In this document: positions 1-8,963 of the stretch, one piece after another | Layout of the letters: each line of letters opens with the position of its first letter | Numbering within the stretch: the first letter of the stretch is position 1 | NCBI GenBank assembly: GCA_964567085.1 | Contig: CAZMKU010000001.1 | Location: 1-53,862 of the forward strand | Source: an uncultured Clostridium sp. | GTDB lineage: Bacteria > Bacillota > Clostridia > Oscillospirales > CAG-272 | Direction of reading: 5' to 3' | DNA length: 53,862 nt | Notes under the pieces: model-generated | What the model was told of the DNA's origin: nothing | The model's input: the letters and a program-made list of their open reading frames with translations, nothing else | Databases searched by the model: none | Translations under genes and position numbers: made by a program

Positions 1-1186
1 CCGTCGCCAAGCCGATCTGATTTCCGTAGGAGGAATAACCTGCCGCCGCAGTTGTAACGATCTTTCTCTGGGGAAGCTTACCCTTAAGTGTTTCAGACAC
101 GGGAACGGTAGGATCTGCCGCACCCGTAACTCTCATAGCCGCATAAACGTAGGATCTTCCCGAGAGAGGATCTCGGATAGCGCCGCCGATACAGGTCGCC
201 GCTCCGCCGAAGGGCTCGATCTCCGTGGGGTGGTTGTGGGTCTCGTTCTTGAAGAGCAAGAGCCAATCCTCTTTTTCTCCGCCAAAATCAACCTTTATCT
301 TAACCGTACAAGCGTTGATCTCCTCGGATTCGTCGATTTTAGGAAGACAACCAATGCTCTTCAAATATTTCGTCGCAACAGTTGCGATGTCCATAAGATT
401 TATAGGCTTTGTTCTGCCAAGCTCAGCGCGAACGTTTACGTAATCCTCGTAAGCTCGAGCGAGGAGGTCGTCCTCAAATTCTACCGAATCAATGGTTGTA
501 AGGAATGTAGTATGACGGCAGTGGTCCGACCAATACGTATCGATCATCTTGATCTCGGTAATGGTGGGATCGCGGCCCTCATCAATAAAATATTTCTGAC
601 AGAATTTTATATCGTCAAGATCCATCGCAAGACCGTTTGATTTAACAAATTCAGCAAGACCGTCCTCGTCAAAAGAAGTAAAGCCATCGAGTACCTTTAC
701 GCTCTGGGGAATATCGTATTCCGCCTTAAGTGTTTCAAATCTATCGAGCGTCGCCTCGCGGGATTCAACGGGGTTGATTACATATTTCTTTATAGCCGCA
801 AGCTCGTCGGGCGTGGGATCGCCCTCGAGAATATAAACTCTTGCGGTCTTAACGAGCGGTCTTTCCTTTTGAGAGATAAGCTGAACGCACTGCGAAGCCG
901 AGTCTGCTCTCTGGTCAAACTGACCGGGAAGATACTCAACCGCAAAAACCGTATCGCCCTCGTTATATTCAAGCTCCTTTGTTACGTTATCGAGCTGGGG
1001 CTCGGAGAAAACCGTACCCACCGTGTAATCAAAAAGCTCTTTTTCTATATTTTCAACGTCGTATCTGTTGAGAAGTCTGACATTTTTAACAGACTCGATT
1101 GAAAGAAGTCCGCAGATATCGGACAGAAGCGCACGAGCCTCGTTGTCGAGTCCTTTTCTTTTTTCAACGTATATTCTGTAAACCAT
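1..1186 (-). CDS. purL: phosphoribosylformylglycinamidine (FGAM) synthase, large fused type; N-terminal part only, as the gene runs off the left edge
   Basis: It is absent from the ORF track because it has no stop in the window. Hand translation of the minus strand from the ATG at 1186 gives MVYRIYVEKRKGLDNEARALLSDICG... and stays open to base 2. It contains DTYWSDHCRHTTF and NETHNHPTEIEPFGGAATCIGGAIRDP, which are typical of FGAM synthase. It is the last gene of the pur cluster. Confidence 0.85.
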   Translation of the reverse strand, partial: MVYRIYVEKRKGLDNEARALLSDICGLLSIESVKNVRLLNRYDVENIEKELFDYTVGTVFSEPQLDNVTKELEYNEGDTVFAVEYLPGQFDQRADSASQCVQLISQKERPLVKTARVYILEGDPTPDELAAIKKYVINPVESREATLDRFETLKAEYDIPQSVKVLDGFTSFDEDGLAEFVKSNGLAMDLDDIKFCQKYFIDEGRDPTITEIKMIDTYWSDHCRHTTFLTTIDSVEFEDDLLARAYEDYVNVRAELGRTKPINLMDIATVATKYLKSIGCLPKIDESEEINACTVKIKVDFGGEKEDWLLLFKNETHNHPTEIEPFGGAATCIGGAIRDPLSGRSYVYAAMRVTGAADPTVPVSETLKGKLPQRKIVTTAAAGYSSYGNQIGLAT

Positions 1187-1196
1187 ATTTATCCTT

Positions 1197-2462
1197 TCAT
1201 TTGAGCGCCATGAGCGCACGCTTGCCAACGTCGCGACGGTAATACTGATTCTCGAAGCTTACCCTTTCAGTTCCCTCGTAAGCCTTCTTGATCGCCTGCT
1301 CAAGCGTGGGAGCCATAGCGGTTACGCCAAGCACTCTCCCGCCCGCCGTGAGAAGCTTTCCGCCCTCAAGCTTCGCGCCCGCAACGAATATCTTGTATTC
1401 GTCATTACAGGGCAGCTCTATTTCGAAGCCGCTCTCATATTTTTCGGGGTATCCCTTTGATGCGGAGATCACGCAACAAGCGAACTCGTCCGCAAATTCA
1501 ACGTCAATTTCCGAAAGCCGCTCGTCCGCAACCGCCTGCATTACAGTCAGAAGATCGGTTTTGAGAAGCGGGAGAACTACCTGTGTTTCGGGATCACCGA
1601 AGCGGCAGTTGTATTCGATCACGCGAGGACCGTCAGCCGTGAGCATAAGTCCGAAGTAAAGGCAACCCTTAAAGGTTCTTCCCTCCGCGTTCATAGCGTT
1701 TATGGTAGGCAGGAAAATTTCATTCATACACCGCTCGGCAATATCGGGAGTGTAATATGGATTTGGAGCGACCGTTCCCATACCGCCCGTATTAAGACCG
1801 AGGTCTCCGTCAAGAGCGCGCTTGTGATCCATAGACGAAACCATAGGCACAATCGTTTTTCCATCAGTAAACGCAAGCACCGAAACCTCGGGGCCCTCGA
1901 GAAATTCCTCAATAACCACACGGCTTCCGCTCTCGCCGAACTTCTTATCCTCCATCATGGAGCGAGCCGCTTCCATCGCCTCGTCGCGCGTGAGCGCGAT
2001 AATAACACCCTTGCCGAGCGCCAAGCCGTCAGCCTTGATAACCGTCGGAATGGGCGCGCTCTCAAGATAGCCCACCGCAGCGTCAACGCTGTCGAATACC
2101 TCATACGCCGCCGTGGGAATATCGTATTTCTTCATAAGGTTCTTTGAGAAAACCTTACTTCCCTCAATTATCGCGGCATTCGCTCGCGGGCCGAAGCACT
2201 TGATTCCACGCTCCTCGAGCGCGTCAACCGCGCCGAGCACGAGCGGATCGTCGGGAGCTACCACCGCAAAGTCAATTTTCTTATTGATCGCAAACCGAAC
2301 GATTCCGTCAATGTCCTTCGCGCCTATGGGAATACAAACCGCGTCTGCCGCGATCCCGCCGTTACCGGGAAGCGCGTATATGGTTTCAATATCATTATTT
2401 TCCTTTAATTTCTTTATAATAGCATGCTCACGGCCGCCGCCGCCAACAACCATAACCTTCAT
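1197..2462 (-). CDS. purD: phosphoribosylamine--glycine ligase (GAR synthetase)
   Basis: The ORF is 421 aa. It has the MKVMVVGGGGREHAI N-terminus and ATP-grasp motifs (NCRFGDPETQ). It lies in the pur operon. Confidence 0.93.
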   Translation of the reverse strand: MKVMVVGGGGREHAIIKKLKENNDIETIYALPGNGGIAADAVCIPIGAKDIDGIVRFAINKKIDFAVVAPDDPLVLGAVDALEERGIKCFGPRANAAIIEGSKVFSKNLMKKYDIPTAAYEVFDSVDAAVGYLESAPIPTVIKADGLALGKGVIIALTRDEAMEAARSMMEDKKFGESGSRVVIEEFLEGPEVSVLAFTDGKTIVPMVSSMDHKRALDGDLGLNTGGMGTVAPNPYYTPDIAERCMNEIFLPTINAMNAEGRTFKGCLYFGLMLTADGPRVIEYNCRFGDPETQVVLPLLKTDLLTVMQAVADERLSEIDVEFADEFACCVISASKGYPEKYESGFEIELPCNDEYKIFVAGAKLEGGKLLTAGGRVLGVTAMAPTLEQAIKKAYEGTERVSFENQYYRRDVGKRALMALK

Positions 2463-2482
2463 ATCAATTCTCCTCGGCTATA

Positions 2483-3094
2483 TTAAAAATCCTTCTTGCC
2501 CGTAACAATGGATTTTGCAACCATCTCGACCGCTCTCGGCAAAATAAGCCATTCGGCATTCTTCATAACGTGCTTTTGCAGGCTCTCGGGTGTATCGTCC
2601 TTGCGGATCGCCACGGACTTCTGCAAAATGATCTTTCCGCCGTCGGGTATCTCGTTCACAAAATGCACCGTCGCGCCCGTAACCTTAACCCCATAAGAGA
2701 GCGCCGCCTCGTGTACGCGAAGCCCGTAAAAGCCCTTGCCGCAAAACGCGGGGATCAGCGAGGGATGAACGTTTATGATGCGTTCGGGGAATCTCTTTAT
2801 AAAATCCTCCGACAAAATACTCATAAAGCCCGCGAGAACTATCATATCTATCTCATATTCCGCGAGAAGCTCAAGCATCTGCGCTTCAAACGTGTCGGGG
2901 TTGTCCTTTCTCGACACCACGCGAGCAGGAATTCCCGCCATAGTAGCGCGTACGAGAGCATACGCCTCCTTGGTGCTGGAAATCACCAAGGAAATCTCGC
3001 CGTGAGGAATATGTCCCTCGGCGGCATAATCAATTATCGCCTGAAGATTCGAGCCGCCGCCCGATACGAGAACCGCTATTTTTACCTTTTTCAT
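2483..3094 (-). CDS. purN: phosphoribosylglycinamide formyltransferase
   Basis: The track ORF is 2483..3100. I prefer the second ATG (3094) because GGAG lies 7 nt upstream, whereas the first ATG abuts the RBS. Motifs are KIAVLVSGGGSNLQAI and NVHPSLIP. Confidence 0.9.
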   Translation of the reverse strand: MKKVKIAVLVSGGGSNLQAIIDYAAEGHIPHGEISLVISSTKEAYALVRATMAGIPARVVSRKDNPDTFEAQMLELLAEYEIDMIVLAGFMSILSEDFIKRFPERIINVHPSLIPAFCGKGFYGLRVHEAALSYGVKVTGATVHFVNEIPDGGKIILQKSVAIRKDDTPESLQKHVMKNAEWLILPRAVEMVAKSIVTGKKDF

Positions 3095-3106
3095 TTCCAT
3101 CTCCTA

Positions 3107-4147
3107 TCAGCAGAAAATTACACCCTCGTCGCCTTCCACGACCTCACCGATAACGTAAGCGTCCTCGCCTGCTCCGCGAAGCACCCCGAGTGCCGTATCG
3201 ACGTCCGCGGCATCCACAACAACGCTCATACCTACGCCCATATTGAACGTATTGAACATATCTCTCTCGGGAATGTTGCCTTCCCTTGCGATAAGCTTGA
3301 AAATGGGGAGAATTCGCACGTTGTCTCGCTTGATCCTCGCGGAAAATCCCTCGGGAATAGTTCTCGGAATGTTCTCATAAAAGCCGCCGCCCGTGATGTG
3401 AGACACACCCTTGACCGCAACCTTCTCAAAAAGCTCAAGCATGGGCTTTACGTAGATCTTCGTAGGTGTGAGAAGCACCTCGCCAACGCTCTTACCGCCA
3501 AGCTCGGCGCGAGGGGTCTTTATATCGTTATTTTCAACGTCAAACACCTTTCGAACGAGCGAAAATCCGTTTGAATGAACACCGCTCGAGGGGAGCGCGA
3601 TAATAACGTCGCCAGCCTTGATCTTTGTATTATCAATTATCTTGCTCTTGTCAACAACGCCAACGGAGAAGCCCGCAAGATCGTACTCGTCAATAGGATA
3701 GAAGCCCGGCATCTCGGCAGTCTCGCCGCCGATGAGCGCCGCGCCTGACTGCACGCAGCCCTCGGCTACGCCCTCAACGATCTCCGCTATTCTCTCGGGA
3801 ATATTCTTTCCGCAAGCGATATAGTCAAGGAAAAGGAGGGGCTTCGCGCCGCAGCAGATAATATCGTTTACACACATTGCAACGCAGTCGATACCGATAG
3901 TGTTATGCTTGTCCATAATGAACGCGAGCTTGAGCTTCGTACCAACGCCGTCGGTTCCGCTTACAAGCACGGGACGGCTGATGCCCGTAAGATCCATTTC
4001 AAAAAGACCCCCGAAGCCTCCGATACCCGAGCAAACGCCCGGTGTTACGGTTTTCTTTATATGCTCCTTCATAAGCTCAACAGCGCGGTAGCCCGCCGTA
4101 ATATCAACGCCCGCCGCCTTGTAGCTTTCGCTAAAACTCTTTGACAT
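3107..4147 (-). CDS. purM: phosphoribosylformylglycinamidine cyclo-ligase (AIR synthetase)
   Basis: The ORF is 346 aa. Motifs are GIGGFGGLF and [11 protein letters not shown]. It lies in the pur operon. Confidence 0.93.
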   Translation of the reverse strand: MSKSFSESYKAAGVDITAGYRAVELMKEHIKKTVTPGVCSGIGGFGGLFEMDLTGISRPVLVSGTDGVGTKLKLAFIMDKHNTIGIDCVAMCVNDIICCGAKPLLFLDYIACGKNIPERIAEIVEGVAEGCVQSGAALIGGETAEMPGFYPIDEYDLAGFSVGVVDKSKIIDNTKIKAGDVIIALPSSGVHSNGFSLVRKVFDVENNDIKTPRAELGGKSVGEVLLTPTKIYVKPMLELFEKVAVKGVSHITGGGFYENIPRTIPEGFSARIKRDNVRILPIFKLIAREGNIPERDMFNTFNMGVGMSVVVDAADVDTALGVLRGAGEDAYVIGEVVEGDEGVIFC

Positions 4148-4199
4148 TTCTCAATATCCTACCTTTCAATATTTCAAATCTAAAAGCTCTGCGCTTCAT

Positions 4200-5624
4200 C
4201 TATCCCTTACCGTTCCAGCAGTAGGTGCAAAGCTTACAGGGATCAACCCCGATCGCCTTTATAATACCGTCAATGGACTGAAAATCAAGCGAATCAAAAT
4301 TAAGCTCGCTTGCGATATGCTCGCGCAGCTTCTTGCCTCTCTCGGTCGTGCCGTCGCTATACTCATCAATGTGATCAAGCCCCTCCTCGCCCTCAAGCTC
4401 GAGAATGGTTCTTCTTGCGATAAGCTCAAGATCGCTCGTCTGACGCGAGAAGCTGAGGTACTTGCAGCCGTACATAATAGGAGGACACGCCGAGCGCATA
4501 TGCACCGACTTCGCTCCGTTTTCATAAAGGAAATCGACGGTTTCCTTAAGCTGTGTTCCGCGCACTATGGAGTCGTCAACGAACAGAAGATTCTTGTCGC
4601 AGATAAGCTCCTTTACGGGAATCTGCTTCATCTTGGCGATCCTCTTTCTCTCCTTTGGATTTGACGGAGTAAAGCTTCTCGGCCACGTAGGCGTATATTT
4701 TATAAACGGACGCGCGAAACGAATTCCGCTTCGGTTGGCAAAGCCTATCGCGTGAGGTGTTCCCGAATCGGGCACACCGCAAACGTAATCGATCTGAACG
4801 CCGTCCTTCAGCGACTGATCGTTCTGTGCCAATATCTCGCCGTTTTTATATCGCATAAGCTCAACGTTCACACCCTCGTACGTGGAATTCGAATATCCGT
4901 AGTACGTCCAGAGGAACGAGCATATCTTCATTTCCTTCGAGGGCTCACAAAGCCGTAGCATACTGTTGCTTGAAAGCTCAACGACCTCACCGGGGCCGAG
5001 CTCCTTTTCCGTCGCGTAGCCAAGCTTTTCAAAAGCGAAGGACTCAAAGGACACGCAGTAACCGCTGCGGCTCTTTCCCACGATAACGGGAATTCGTCCG
5101 AGCTTGTCGCGCGCCGCGATAAGATGACCGTCATCCTTGAGAATAAGTATCGACATCGAGCCGTCGATAACGTCCTGCGCGAACCTGATACCCTCGGCAA
5201 AATCCGCCTTGTGATTTATAAGCGACGCCACAAGCTCGACCGAGTTCACCTTGCCGCCCGTCATCACCGAAAAGTGACCGCCGTTACCCAAAAGATATTT
5301 ATCAATAAGCTCGTTTGAATTATTTATTCTTCCGACGACACAAATAGCATACGTGCCTATATTTGAGCGAATAAGCAACGGCTGAGGGTCGGCATCGCTT
5401 ATACAACCGATAGCCGAGCTGCCTCGCATCTCGTCGAATATCTTATCAAACTTGGTTCGAAAGGGTGAATTTTCAATATTATGAATTTCTCTCTGCAGTC
5501 CTATCTCGGGGTCGAAGGCGGCCATACCTCCCCTTCTTGTGCCGAGATGAGAATGGTAATCGGTGCCGAAGAATACGTCTGATACGGCATCGTTTTTATT
5601 GGCTACGCCGAAAAATCCTCCCAT
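4200..5624 (-). CDS. purF: amidophosphoribosyltransferase-family protein in the purF position; the N-terminal Cys nucleophile is replaced by Gly
   Basis: The ORF is 474 aa. The PRTase motif LLFVDDSIVRGTQ is present. GAGGAG lies upstream of the ATG at 5624. The N-terminus reads MGGFFGV where canonical PurF has M-C-G-[IV]. The gene sits between purE and purM. Confidence 0.8.
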   Translation of the reverse strand: MGGFFGVANKNDAVSDVFFGTDYHSHLGTRRGGMAAFDPEIGLQREIHNIENSPFRTKFDKIFDEMRGSSAIGCISDADPQPLLIRSNIGTYAICVVGRINNSNELIDKYLLGNGGHFSVMTGGKVNSVELVASLINHKADFAEGIRFAQDVIDGSMSILILKDDGHLIAARDKLGRIPVIVGKSRSGYCVSFESFAFEKLGYATEKELGPGEVVELSSNSMLRLCEPSKEMKICSFLWTYYGYSNSTYEGVNVELMRYKNGEILAQNDQSLKDGVQIDYVCGVPDSGTPHAIGFANRSGIRFARPFIKYTPTWPRSFTPSNPKERKRIAKMKQIPVKELICDKNLLFVDDSIVRGTQLKETVDFLYENGAKSVHMRSACPPIMYGCKYLSFSRQTSDLELIARRTILELEGEEGLDHIDEYSDGTTERGKKLREHIASELNFDSLDFQSIDGIIKAIGVDPCKLCTYCWNGKG

Positions 5625-5653
5625 ACGGTTTCTCCTCTTTTTTACGCGTGTGT

Positions 5654-6148
5654 TTACTTACTGTATTTCTCGGATATTTCCTTGTCCTTCAAAAGAACCC
5701 TGCTCGCGGCCTCGGCTCTCGCTTCATCGAGCTTCTCCGCAAGAGCGGGCTCGCTTATGGCAAGCATCTGAACCGCAAGAAGCGCAGCGTTCGCCGCGCC
5801 GTCGATAGCAACCGTCGCCACGGGCAACCCCTGCGGCATCTGAACCGTGGACAGAAGCGCGTCAAGACCGTCAAGAGTGCTTGACTTTACGGGAATTCCG
5901 ATTACGGGCAGAGTCGTATTCGCCGCCATAGCGCCCGCAAGATGCGCCGCCTTGCCTGCCGCCGCGATAATAACGCCAATATTATTTTCTCTCGCGCTCG
6001 CGGCAAATTCCTTTGCCTCTGCAGGCGTTCTGTGCGCGGACAGAACTCTGACGTCATAGCCCACTCCGTATTCGTCAAGGACGGAAAACGCCTTTTCAAC
6101 TACGGGAAGGTCGCTGTCACTTCCCATTACTATTCCTATTCTTTTCAT
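5654..6148 (-). CDS. purE: 5-(carboxyamino)imidazole ribonucleotide mutase (class I PurE-like)
   Basis: The ORF is 164 aa. Motifs are MKRIGIVMGSDSDLPV and AAAGKAAHLAG. AAGGAGG RBS. It is the first gene of the operon. Confidence 0.92.
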   Translation of the reverse strand: MKRIGIVMGSDSDLPVVEKAFSVLDEYGVGYDVRVLSAHRTPAEAKEFAASARENNIGVIIAAAGKAAHLAGAMAANTTLPVIGIPVKSSTLDGLDALLSTVQMPQGLPVATVAIDGAANAALLAVQMLAISEPALAEKLDEARAEAASRVLLKDKEISEKYSK

Positions 6149-6180
6149 AAGGAGCCTCCTTGAAAAAATATAAATGCTTA

Positions 6181-6216
6181 CAAAAACAAAAGGGCGCAGA
6201 CAGAGGACGCGCCTCG
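6181..6216 (-). promoter_or_regulatory. weak terminator-like hairpin plus U-run in the purE leader (possible attenuator)
   Basis: The minus strand reads AGGCGC-GUCCUCUGUCU-GCGCCC followed by UUUUGUUUUUG. It ends about 30 nt before the purE RBS. The stem is only 5-6 bp. Confidence 0.3.
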
Positions 6217-6342
6217 GTCTACGCAGTTATTCTGACAACTTTGTTATTGATCTTGATAATTTTTTTACTTCCAAAATGAGAAGAATAAAAAAGAATTCTC
6301 ATAACGCCGCTCTCCGTTTATTACAAAAAATTCGACAATATA

Positions 6343-6371
6343 ATTATACAATATTGTAAAATTAAAGTCAA
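6343..6371 (-). promoter_or_regulatory. sigma-A type promoter for the pur operon
   Basis: The minus strand reads TTGACT, a 17-nt spacer, then TATAAT. It lies about 190 nt upstream of the purE ATG. Confidence 0.6.
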
Positions 6372-6450
6372 GAGAATTGGAAATTTATTTTATTTTCTAT
6401 ATTTATCACAACTAAACCACAAATTTCGGCCCGAATTTATTAACTCTTGC

Positions 6451-7062
6451 CTAAGCCTCCCGCATCTTAATTCTGATAGTAGTTCTCTGAGATGCGAGTC
6501 CCTGAATTTCCATAAGATAATTTAAATACAGAGTCCCGTCAGCAAGAAGCTCATTCTCCACCTCGAGAGTATTTACGATAAGATTGAACGGCATATAAGG
6601 AGTGTTATAAATGCTTCTGCTTCTCCTTCCCTCCTCAAAAGTGAGCATAGTGTTCATTCTGCCCTCGCGCACCATAGTCACAAAGTCGGGATTTTCCTTA
6701 TTAAACAAAAGCTTTACGTTCGTTCCCTCAAGACCGTTGTCGGTTTCCTCGCCCTCTATATAAGACACCTCAACGTTGCCGTCGCGGTCGATCGAGAGCT
6801 CGCCCTCGCTCATCATCTCGACAAAGCTCTCGCCATCAATATCCGAATAAAGCGAATTGTTTCTGTCCGCCGATTCACCGATAGCGGACAAAATAACGTC
6901 CTTTAAAATATTCTCAAGCTCGCGCTCGTCCGAGTCAAGCCTGCTGTCAATATCATCAAGCGCCCTATCCATCTCCTTAAAGCATTCAAAAATATCCTCC
7001 ATAAGCGAGGAATCAAGCTCCTTTTGCTTGGTCACAAGGCTCAAAACTATTTTTTTCTTCAC
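6451..7062 (-). CDS. DUF1934-like (YwiB-type beta-barrel) protein
   Basis: The track ORF is 6451..7122. I prefer the GTG at 7062 (GGAGA RBS 6 nt upstream, VKKKIVLSLV...) because the longer form has no RBS and nearly abuts dinB. The acidic, beta-rich sequence is consistent with DUF1934. The family call is from memory. Confidence 0.6.
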   Translation of the reverse strand: MKKKIVLSLVTKQKELDSSLMEDIFECFKEMDRALDDIDSRLDSDERELENILKDVILSAIGESADRNNSLYSDIDGESFVEMMSEGELSIDRDGNVEVSYIEGEETDNGLEGTNVKLLFNKENPDFVTMVREGRMNTMLTFEEGRRSRSIYNTPYMPFNLIVNTLEVENELLADGTLYLNYLMEIQGLASQRTTIRIKMREA

Positions 7063-7134
7063 GGTTTTTCTCCAAAATTGTTTTATTGCATCTATTATAC
7101 ATCTAAAATGCAGAATTGTCAATAAAGCTATAAG

Positions 7135-8352
7135 CTAAAATGTCGGCTTCGCAAAGGCGTTATTCGGAAATTTCCCTCTCAGAAGCAGCGATGCGTGAAC
7201 GATACTGTCCCGCCCGAACTCGTTTCGTATCTCCTCGATCGCGCGGTCACGCCTTTCGCTCCTGTAAAGGTCTCCCATATTCGAAAAAATGTCAAGCTGA
7301 ACGGGCTCGTCGGCAGAGATAAGATTTATCGCCCTCACCGTCACCGCGCGGATATTTCTCTCCCAATTGTAGCTTTTCCCAAAAAGCTCGTACGCCACCC
7401 GCGCAATTTCGCTCGTGCTCTGCGTGGGAATGGGAAGATTTGTCTGTCGGCTTATACAGTTAAATTTGTTGTCCTTTATCGAGATCGCCACGCCGCCCGC
7501 CATTTTATCCGAGGCGTAAAGCCTGTGACCTATTTCCTGCGACAGCTCGAGCATCATAGCGTAGACCTCGCCGTCGGTCTCGAGATCCCTTATTGCCGTC
7601 ACGCCGTTTCCCACGCTCTTGTCGGGAATATCATCTCTCGGGGTAACCTTATCCATATCAAGCCCGTTGGCATTTCTGTGCATCTGCTCACCCGTCTTGC
7701 CGAACTTGTATTTAAGATACCCCACGGGCATATTCGCGAGGTCACCTATGGTGCAAACACCCATTGCCGCGAGCTTCTTGCCACTCGACCGTCCAACTCC
7801 TATCATATCCGTCGCGGGCAGATTCCAGATCCGTTCTCTGAACGTGTTACTGTCAATAACCGTTACGGCGTCGGGCTTTTTCATATCGCTCCCAAGCTTT
7901 GCGAACACCTTATTGAAGGACACGCCCACCGATATGGTAACTCCAAGCTCCTTCTTTATCCTCTCGCGTATAATGTTTGCGATCCGCTCTCCGTCGCCGA
8001 AAAGCCTTATGCTCCCCGTAACGTCAAGCCAGCATTCGTCAAGTCCCATAGGCTCGATAAGGTCGGTATAGTCGTAATATATCTCGCGAGCCCGCGCCGA
8101 TATTTTCGTATATTCATCAAAATGCGGCGGAACTATAACGAGATCCTTGCATTTCTGCTTCGCCAAAAAAACAGGCTCGGCAGTCTCGACGCCGTAAGCC
8201 TTGGCAAGATAATTCTTGGCAAGCACTATTCCCTGCCGCATCTCGACGTCGCCGCAGACTGCCACGGGGAAATCATGCAAGGCAGGGTTTAGCATACACT
8301 CAACCGACGCGTAAAAATTATTCATATCACAGTGTAGTATTACTCTCTCCAT
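7135..8352 (-). CDS. dinB: DNA polymerase IV (Y-family translesion polymerase)
   Basis: It begins MERVILHCDMNNFYASVEC at the ATG at 8352, with a GGGAGGAG RBS. The track ORF extends to 8370. The rest is a Y-family polymerase core. LexA boxes lie upstream. Confidence 0.9.
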   Translation of the reverse strand: MERVILHCDMNNFYASVECMLNPALHDFPVAVCGDVEMRQGIVLAKNYLAKAYGVETAEPVFLAKQKCKDLVIVPPHFDEYTKISARAREIYYDYTDLIEPMGLDECWLDVTGSIRLFGDGERIANIIRERIKKELGVTISVGVSFNKVFAKLGSDMKKPDAVTVIDSNTFRERIWNLPATDMIGVGRSSGKKLAAMGVCTIGDLANMPVGYLKYKFGKTGEQMHRNANGLDMDKVTPRDDIPDKSVGNGVTAIRDLETDGEVYAMMLELSQEIGHRLYASDKMAGGVAISIKDNKFNCISRQTNLPIPTQSTSEIARVAYELFGKSYNWERNIRAVTVRAINLISADEPVQLDIFSNMGDLYRSERRDRAIEEIRNEFGRDSIVHASLLLRGKFPNNAFAKPTF

Positions 8353-8364
8353 AGCTCCTCCCAA

Positions 8365-8376
8365 AAACACTTGTTC
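8365..8376. promoter_or_regulatory. third, near-consensus LexA-type box next to the dinB RBS
   Basis: AAACACTTGTTC has one mismatch to GAAC-N4-GTTC. Confidence 0.4.
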
Positions 8377-8438
8377 GATCGCTCGCCCGAAATTTTAACC
8401 GAGCGCGGCAAAACAGAACACTGCTCGATCAAAAATTA

Positions 8439-8450
8439 GAACATTTGTAT
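8439..8450. promoter_or_regulatory. second, imperfect LexA-type box
   Basis: GAACATTTGTAT has one consensus half-site and one degenerate half-site. It lies just downstream of the -10 element. Confidence 0.4.
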
Positions 8451-8461
8451 TATCTGAATAT

Positions 8462-8490
8462 ATTATACACGAACAAATGTTCTGTGTCAA
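8462..8490 (-). promoter_or_regulatory. consensus sigma-A promoter of dinB with a LexA box in the spacer
   Basis: The minus strand reads TTGACA-cagaacatttgttcgtg-TATAAT, with an exact 17-nt spacer. Confidence 0.75.
8471..8482. promoter_or_regulatory. LexA/DinR (Cheo) box, perfect GAAC-N4-GTTC
   Basis: The sequence is GAACAAATGTTC. It lies inside the dinB promoter spacer. Confidence 0.75.
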
Positions 8491-8500
8491 GAGGAAATAA

Positions 8501-8532
8501 CAAAAAAGAGGGCAAATTCTTACCCTCTTTTT
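8501..8532 (-). terminator. rho-independent terminator after the small membrane protein gene
   Basis: AGAGGG-N10-CCCTCT hairpin. It is followed by TTTTTTG on the minus strand. Confidence 0.7.
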
Positions 8533-8548
8533 ATGTTTGCCGAATAAA

Positions 8549-8857
8549 TTATTCGAAAGCAACCTCAACCTCTTCGCATTCAGGCTCTTCGAAACCACAG
8601 CAAGGCTCTTCTTCCTTGTGAAGCTTTGCCTTGATCTTTGCTACGAGAGACTTGAAGCTGATATCCTTACCCTTCTTCTTGAGCACCATAACTGCCGCAA
8701 CCGCAGCGATAGCAACAACGAGAACTACGGACAAGCAAATAACCGTTACGATAATTGCCTTTCTCTTCTTCTCCTCTGCTCTCTTCTTTGCAAAGATAAT
8801 GTCGCCGATCTTGTCAACAACCTTAGATGCAAACTGGAAAACTGCCCATTCCTTCAT
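8549..8857 (-). CDS. small single-pass membrane protein with an acidic Cys-containing tail, unknown function
   Basis: The ORF is 102 aa with an AAGGAGG RBS. It has one hydrophobic helix (IIVTVICLSVVLVVAIAAVAAVMVL) and its own terminator. Confidence 0.65.
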   Translation of the reverse strand: MKEWAVFQFASKVVDKIGDIIFAKKRAEEKKRKAIIVTVICLSVVLVVAIAAVAAVMVLKKKGKDISFKSLVAKIKAKLHKEEEPCCGFEEPECEEVEVAFE

Positions 8858-8963
8858 TTTGATTTCCTCCTTGTTTATATTTATTATAACCGATGAAAGT
8901 CAAATTCAACATTCTCTCGGAAATATATTTTTAATATTATAACCTTTGATTTTTAAATGAATT

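Noticed and set aside
6149-6342. Guanine/adenine or ZTP riboswitch in the purE leader
   Set aside because: By eye I could not find the conserved purine-aptamer junction or loop sequences, or the ZTP CCGCCUGGGC-type core. It is reported only as an unassigned leader.
8395-8598. 67-aa minus-strand ORF upstream of dinB
   Set aside because: It overlaps the dinB promoter, the LexA boxes and the terminator of the upstream gene. It has no RBS.
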